From positions 800,001-864,000 of the forward strand of contig CAXXGI010000001.1 of the NCBI GenBank assembly GCA_963674695.2: 64,000 bases of DNA, read 5' to 3'. Source of the DNA: a bacterium (lineage in GTDB: Bacteria; UBA10199; 2-02-FULL-44-16; JAAZCA01). This document shows, piece by piece, positions 58,804 through 64,000 of the stretch (position 1 is the stretch's first letter; the number at the start of each line of letters is the position of its first letter). Under the pieces are notes generated by a model. It was not told the origin of the DNA and did no database searches. It saw nothing but the letters and a program-made list of their open reading frames with translations. The translations under genes and the position numbers were made by a program.

Positions 58804-58903
58804 CTCGTAGTCTCGTGAATCGTGGTCTCGAAGATCGTTTACAATCGACTAAAGCCTAAACGAGACCACGATCTCACGAGTAACGAGACCACGAAATTAC
58901 GAA
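58804..58903. repeat. Inverted degenerate repeat junction element (kdd-kamA)
   Basis: tcgtagtc/tcgtgaa/tcgtggtctcg, core, then cgagacca-cga..cgagacca-cga. Confidence 0.75.
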
Positions 58904-59943
58904 CCAAACTTCCCATCAAACCACTGCTTCACCGCGGCGTTTTTGCGATAGAGGTCGAGCGTAAAGTTCGCATGGTCGGGGGCATAGCCGTTGCCGATGA
59001 TCATCTCGACGTCGTAGCCGACACCCTCGGCGCCGAGCGCCGCCTTCTGAAAATTGGTCGCCATATTAAAGAAGTAGACCTTGGCGCCCTGCTTGCACGC
59101 GAGCACCGAGGCCAGTTCCGTCCCCTCGACGTTGGCGGTGTTGATCACGAGATCGCACATTCCGCCATCGGTCGCCTCGGAGACCCGATCCATCGTCTCG
59201 GCGGGGGAGAGCGCGTTGGCCACGAAGACCTCGTCGGCCAACCCGAGCGACTGAAATGTCTCGACGCTCGATGCACGCGTGGCACTGGCGATGATGCGAC
59301 AATCGTTGCCCAACTTCTGGCGCAGCGCCGCTGCACAGAGGATGCCGGACTTGCCCGTGCCGATGATGTAGACCGTATCGCCCTTGCGCGCCAGGCGATC
59401 GGCCTGTGGCGGCGCGCCGGCAACATCCAGCAGGGCCAGACAGACATCCTGATCCATATCCTCGGGAATCTTGGCCAACACGCCCGAGTCGAAGAGGACC
59501 GCCTTCCCCTCGATATCGATCTGCTCGGTCTCGCGAACCCCGACAACCCGATCGATGGCGAGCGGCGTGAGGGTGAGCGATACGAGCGTGCAGATCGGGT
59601 CGCCCACCTTCAGGCCAAAGCGATTCGAATAGGTCGGGCCCATGTCCGCGACTTTCCCCAAAAGCATGCCGCCGGATCCGGTCACCGGATTGAGCTGCTT
59701 GCCCATCTTCGCCACATTCGCCACGACCTGATCGGCCACACCCTGCAGATTTCCGCCGCAGGCCTCGCGCATCTGCCGAAAGGAGGCCGAATCGATGTTG
59801 AGGGTCGATACATCGATGAGGATCTCGTTGTCATAGATCGGGAGGCTGTTATCGACTTTCGTCGCCGCCTGAGGGAGGGCGCCGGATGGCTCGATGACGC
59901 GATGTCGGCCCAGCGAATTTCCGCCGGAGAGATAGCTGCTCAT
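58897..59943 (-). CDS. kdd: L-erythro-3,5-diaminohexanoate dehydrogenase
   Basis: HRVIEP.G.LPQAA, LNIDSASF, NPVTGSGGML, LDVAGAP, AALGAEG. Confidence 0.94.
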   Translation of the reverse strand: MSSYLSGGNSLGRHRVIEPSGALPQAATKVDNSLPIYDNEILIDVSTLNIDSASFRQMREACGGNLQGVADQVVANVAKMGKQLNPVTGSGGMLLGKVADMGPTYSNRFGLKVGDPICTLVSLTLTPLAIDRVVGVRETEQIDIEGKAVLFDSGVLAKIPEDMDQDVCLALLDVAGAPPQADRLARKGDTVYIIGTGKSGILCAAALRQKLGNDCRIIASATRASSVETFQSLGLADEVFVANALSPAETMDRVSEATDGGMCDLVINTANVEGTELASVLACKQGAKVYFFNMATNFQKAALGAEGVGYDVEMIIGNGYAPDHANFTLDLYRKNAAVKQWFDGKFGS

Positions 59944-60198
59944 GGGTCCTTCTCCTTTTCAAAATGAACGAAACTGTTTTTGTTTCAACCAGTTGGGGCG
60001 CCTTTTAACCATACCCCTGAAGGGAAGTGCAAGGGGATTCCTGAAAATCCTCCGTGGCAGTTCTCAATGCGCCGCGAGGTAAAACGAGAGGCCTTTTTAC
60101 AGGGTCATCGGAAAAAAGACCTCGCGTTTCGCCGGGAGGCGCACCAGCGACCAAATATTCACTATCAGAGGGAAGCGATTGACAGTATTGACACTGCC

Positions 60199-60420
60199 CT
60201 ACAGCAGCACCATCTGCCCATCCTCCTGGGCACCGTCTTCCAGGACCCCCTCGCCACGACGATCCGCCGAAGGGATCAGTCGGCCATCGCTGGCGATGCG
60301 CTGGCCACAGCGGGCACAGAAACGCGAGCCGTCCAAACGCCGCTCCATCCGCGTGGAACGACAACGAGGACAGCGATTCTTTGGTTTTTTCCGAACACTG
60401 GTCATAGGGCAGACGCTCAT
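60199..60420 (-). CDS. Possible small zinc-ribbon protein
   Basis: CPRC..FCARCG; start uncertain (60420 or 60405). Confidence 0.4.
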   Translation of the reverse strand: MSVCPMTSVRKKPKNRCPRCRSTRMERRLDGSRFCARCGQRIASDGRLIPSADRRGEGVLEDGAQEDGQMVLL

Positions 60421-60554
60421 ACTGAATCGACCCCTCCGGATGCAATGGGAAAAATGGGGAACCGGTCGAAGCACCTGGATGATCGCCAAAATCCCTTGAT
60501 GCAACCCCCCAAAACCTCTATGGAAAGAGCACACCCGCACGGGAGAAGGAAACC

Positions 60555-61286
60555 ATGCCGAATATCAAGGGAATCATCCTCGCCGGCGGAACCGGCTCGC
60601 GCCTGTATCCGCTGACCAAGGTGACCAACAAGCACCTGCTGCCGGTGGGCAACAAGCCGATGATCTACCATCCGCTCGAACGGCTGCTCGAGGCCGGCAT
60701 CGACGAGATCATGGTGGTCACCGGCCGCGAGCACATGGGGGATGTCGTCAACCTCCTCGGCAGCGGCACCGAGTTTGGCTGCCGCTTCACCTATCGGGTT
60801 CAGGATCAGGCCGGCGGCATCGCCGAGGCCCTGGGGCTGGCGCAGACCTTTGCCGGCGCCGATCCGATCGTCGTCCTCCTGGGCGACAACATCTTCGAAC
60901 ACCCGATCGCCCCGAGCATCGCCCGCTTCTGCGAACAGGGCGGCGGCGCGCGCGTCCTGCTCAAAAAGGTCACCGACCCCCAGCGCTTCGGCGTGGCCAC
61001 GATCGAAGACAACCGCATCGTCGCCATCGCCGAGAAGCCGAAGAAACCGGCCAGCGACATGGCCGTGACCGGCATCTATATGTATCATCCGGACGTCTTC
61101 GATTTTATCGCGACGCTCAGCCCTTCGGCGCGCGGCGAGTTGGAGATCACCGACGTCAACAGCTTCTATGCCCGCGAAGGCAAGCTCCATTTCGACGTGA
61201 TCGATGGATGGTGGACCGACGCGGGCACGTTCGAATCGCTGGCGCGCGCGAACGAGCTGCTCTTCAAAAGGCAGGCCTCCGCATGA
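60555..61286 (+). CDS. rmlA: Glucose-1-phosphate thymidylyltransferase (short SpsI/RmlA type)
   Basis: GIILAGGTGSRLYPLT, LGDN, EKP, RGELEITD. Confidence 0.93.
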   Translation: MPNIKGIILAGGTGSRLYPLTKVTNKHLLPVGNKPMIYHPLERLLEAGIDEIMVVTGREHMGDVVNLLGSGTEFGCRFTYRVQDQAGGIAEALGLAQTFAGADPIVVLLGDNIFEHPIAPSIARFCEQGGGARVLLKKVTDPQRFGVATIEDNRIVAIAEKPKKPASDMAVTGIYMYHPDVFDFIATLSPSARGELEITDVNSFYAREGKLHFDVIDGWWTDAGTFESLARANELLFKRQASA

Positions 61287-62296
61287 AACTCCTGGTTACC
61301 GGCGGCGCCGGCTTTATCGGCACCAACTTCATCCACCTGGTGCTCACCGAGACCGCGCACACGGTCGTCAATCTCGACGCACTCACCTATGCGGGGCATC
61401 GGGGAAACTGCGCCGCCTTCGAGGGCGGCGGCCGTTATACGTTCGTGCAGGGCGATATCGCCGACGCGGAAGGCGTTGGAAAACTGCTCACACAGCATGA
61501 CTGCGACGCCATCGTCAACTTTGCCGCGGAATCGCACGTCGATCGCAGCATCCACGATGCGGCCGCCTTCATCCGGACCAACATCCAGGGGACGCAGGTG
61601 CTGCTCGATGCCGCGCGCGAGCACGGCGTGGGACGCTTCCTGCACATCTCCACCGACGAGGTCTACGGCGACCTCCAGATGGATGCGCCCGCCTTCACCG
61701 AAACCTCGCCGATTCGGCCGTCGAGTCCCTACGCCGCGAGCAAGGCCTCGGCCGACATGCTCGTGCTGGCCGCCCATCGCACGCACGGACAGCCGGTGAT
61801 CATCACGCGCTGTTCGAATAACTATGGCCCCTACCAACACCCGGAGAAGTTCATCCCCATGGCGATTCACCGGGCGCTCGCGGGAAAACCGATCCCGATC
61901 TACGGCCGCGGAGTGAATGTGCGCGACTGGATTCACGTGCACGACCACGCCGAGGGCATCCTGCGCGTCCTGGAGAAAGGGCGTGTGGGCGAAGCCTACA
62001 ACCTCGGCGGTAATTGCGAGCGGCGCAACATCGACGTGGCGCAGGCCATCCTCACACTCGTGGATGCACCCGAATCCCTCATCCGTTTCGTCGACGATCG
62101 CCCTGGACACGACCTGCGCTATGCGATCGATTTTACAAAGGCGCGCGACGAGCTCGGCTGGAGCCCACAGCATTCCTTCGACGAGGGGATCGCTGAAACC
62201 ATCGCCTGGTATCGCGAGAACCAGGAATGGCTGAAGCAGGTGCTCGGCCCGCGCTTTGAGGCCTACTTCAAGGCGCACTATGGAGACGTGCAATGA
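61283..62296 (+). CDS. rmlB: dTDP-glucose 4,6-dehydratase
   Basis: GGAGFIG, AAESHVDRS, STDEVYG, YAASK, RPGHDLRY. Confidence 0.97.
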   Translation: MKLLVTGGAGFIGTNFIHLVLTETAHTVVNLDALTYAGHRGNCAAFEGGGRYTFVQGDIADAEGVGKLLTQHDCDAIVNFAAESHVDRSIHDAAAFIRTNIQGTQVLLDAAREHGVGRFLHISTDEVYGDLQMDAPAFTETSPIRPSSPYAASKASADMLVLAAHRTHGQPVIITRCSNNYGPYQHPEKFIPMAIHRALAGKPIPIYGRGVNVRDWIHVHDHAEGILRVLEKGRVGEAYNLGGNCERRNIDVAQAILTLVDAPESLIRFVDDRPGHDLRYAIDFTKARDELGWSPQHSFDEGIAETIAWYRENQEWLKQVLGPRFEAYFKAHYGDVQ

Positions 62297-62811
62297 ACGA
62301 ACCGCATTTCACCGACACCGATGCCATCGATGGCGTCATCGTCACATCCGGCGTGCGCTATGAGGACGGGCGCGGCTGGCTCATGGAGTTCTTTCGTCAC
62401 GACGAGATGGACGCATCCGTCCATCCCGCGATGGGATACCTCTCGGTCACCAAGCCGGGTCTCTCGCGCGGGCCGCATGAACACCGCGAGCAGAGCGACG
62501 TCTTCTGCTTCGCCGGTCCGGGGACGTTTTGCATCGGCCTGTGGGACAACCGCGAGGGTTCGGCCACCTTCGACGCGCGCATGCGGCTCACCGCCGGCTC
62601 CGACGCGCCGCTCATCATCACCGTCCCGCCGGGGGTCGTGCATGGCTACCGCTGCATCTCGAAGGAGGCGGGCCTGGTCGTGAACGTCCCCAACCGCCTC
62701 TACCGCGGCGAGGGCAAACGCGATCCGATCGACGAGATCCGGCACGAGGACGACCCCGCAAATCCCTTCCGTCTCGACTTCGAAGCGATGACAGCGGAGT
62801 GCACGAGATGA
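62293..62811 (+). CDS. rmlC: dTDP-4-dehydrorhamnose 3,5-epimerase family
   Basis: DGRGWLME, RGPHEH, VPPGVVHG. Confidence 0.9.
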   Translation: MNEPHFTDTDAIDGVIVTSGVRYEDGRGWLMEFFRHDEMDASVHPAMGYLSVTKPGLSRGPHEHREQSDVFCFAGPGTFCIGLWDNREGSATFDARMRLTAGSDAPLIITVPPGVVHGYRCISKEAGLVVNVPNRLYRGEGKRDPIDEIRHEDDPANPFRLDFEAMTAECTR

Positions 62812-63662
62812 AGCTCCTCGTCACCGCAAAGAACGGCCAGGTCGGGGGGGCGATCACCCGCCTCGCCCAAGAGGCCGGCATCGAGACGATCGCGCTCGGG
62901 CACGCCGAGCTCGACATCGCCGATGCGGATGCGGTGAATCGCATCGTGACGGAGCTGCATCCGACCCACATCATCAACGCCGCCGCCTACAACAATGTCG
63001 ATGCCGCCGAGGAAGAGGATTCGGCCGCCTTCGCCTGCAATGCCCTGGGCCCGCAGCACCTGGCGCTGTCCGCCAAAAAGGTCGGGGCCACCCTCGTGCA
63101 CTACTCGACCGACTACGTCTTCGACGGCACCAAGCGGACGCCCTACACCGAGCAGGATCAGCCCAATCCACTGTCCGCCTATGGGCGCTCCAAGCTCGCC
63201 GGAGAGGAAAATGTGCGCGCGGCGCTGGATGAACACTATATCCTGCGCACCGCCTGGGTCTTCACGCCGGGGGGAAACAATTTCATCACGCGCCTGATCG
63301 AACGCGCCAAACGCGAGCACAACTTTCGTTTCATCGACGACTGCTGGGGCACACCCACCGATGCCTCCGATGTGGCGCGCGCCACCCTGAAACTCATCGA
63401 ACGCGCTGCCCCCTTCGGCCTCTATCACGCCGTCGGCGCCGAGGCCTTCACGCCGCTCGACTGGGCGCGCACCGTGCTCGAACGCGCCGGCGTCGACGCG
63501 ACGGTCGAGCCGATCCATGCCGACGAACTCGACCTGCGCGCGCCGCGCCCGAAACACTCGGTCCTGACCAACACAAAACTCGACGCCCTGGGAATTGCCA
63601 TCCCCAGCGGAAGAGAGCGTCTCGATGCTTTTTTCACCCTCACCGCGAAGGAGCGGACATGA
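62808..63662 (+). CDS. rmlD: dTDP-4-dehydrorhamnose reductase
   Basis: [23 protein letters not shown]. Confidence 0.95.
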   Translation: MKLLVTAKNGQVGGAITRLAQEAGIETIALGHAELDIADADAVNRIVTELHPTHIINAAAYNNVDAAEEEDSAAFACNALGPQHLALSAKKVGATLVHYSTDYVFDGTKRTPYTEQDQPNPLSAYGRSKLAGEENVRAALDEHYILRTAWVFTPGGNNFITRLIERAKREHNFRFIDDCWGTPTDASDVARATLKLIERAAPFGLYHAVGAEAFTPLDWARTVLERAGVDATVEPIHADELDLRAPRPKHSVLTNTKLDALGIAIPSGRERLDAFFTLTAKERT

Positions 63663-64000
63663 TCCACGGCAAGAAGGTCATCGTCGTCATGCCGGCATAC
63701 AACGCCGAAAAGACGGTGAAGGCGACCTACGATGAGATTCCCCACGACATCGTCGACGAAGTTCTGCTCGTCGACGACTGCAGCGCCGACCGCACCGCGG
63801 AGATCGCCCACGAGATGGGACTGCACGTCGTGCGCCACGAGGAAAACCTCGGCTACGGCGGCAACCAGAAGACCTGTTACCGCGAGGCGCTTGAAAAGGG
63901 TGCCGACATCGTGGTCATGCTCCACCCCGATTATCAGTACGATCCGAGGCTCATCACCGCGATGACCTCGCTCATCGCCCTGGGGCTCTACGACGCCACC
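63659..64000 (+). CDS. Glycosyltransferase family 2 (partial)
   Basis: [30 protein letters not shown]; runs off the window. Confidence 0.92.
   Translation, partial: MIHGKKVIVVMPAYNAEKTVKATYDEIPHDIVDEVLLVDDCSADRTAEIAHEMGLHVVRHEENLGYGGNQKTCYREALEKGADIVVMLHPDYQYDPRLITAMTSLIALGLYDAT

Overview
GC-rich bacterial chromosome segment. Gene content and order (carD-ispD-ispF-cysS, pilD plus XRE regulator, TPR/ExeA genes, many sigma54 promoters, kdd-kamA-kamD-kamE) suggest a deltaproteobacterial lineage; this is an inference. Most of the window is housekeeping: aspS/hisS, gatCAB-mtnA, uvrB/uvrC, tRNA-Phe, rlmE, amgK-murU-prfC, lysine fermentation, rml genes and a NuoEF/HydCB fusion with a GltD-like partner. 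The unusual content is non-coding or accessory. (1) The last ~36-39 bp of a SleB-like lipoprotein gene occur three times, with synonymous-only differences, bounding an integrase-free array of gene cassettes. (2) About ten intra-operon gene junctions hold microsatellite-armed elements, mostly inverted-armed hairpins, and some share cores in either orientation. (3) An IS1111-type IS110 element sits inside a palindromic repeat, and its bridge/seek-RNA target and donor guides can be read from the sequence. (4) A ~145-bp three-way-junction repeat is present twice. (5) There is a candidate pseudoknotted sRNA. (6) Several orphan genes share a sigma54 promoter architecture. All calls come from reading the sequence; no searches were run.
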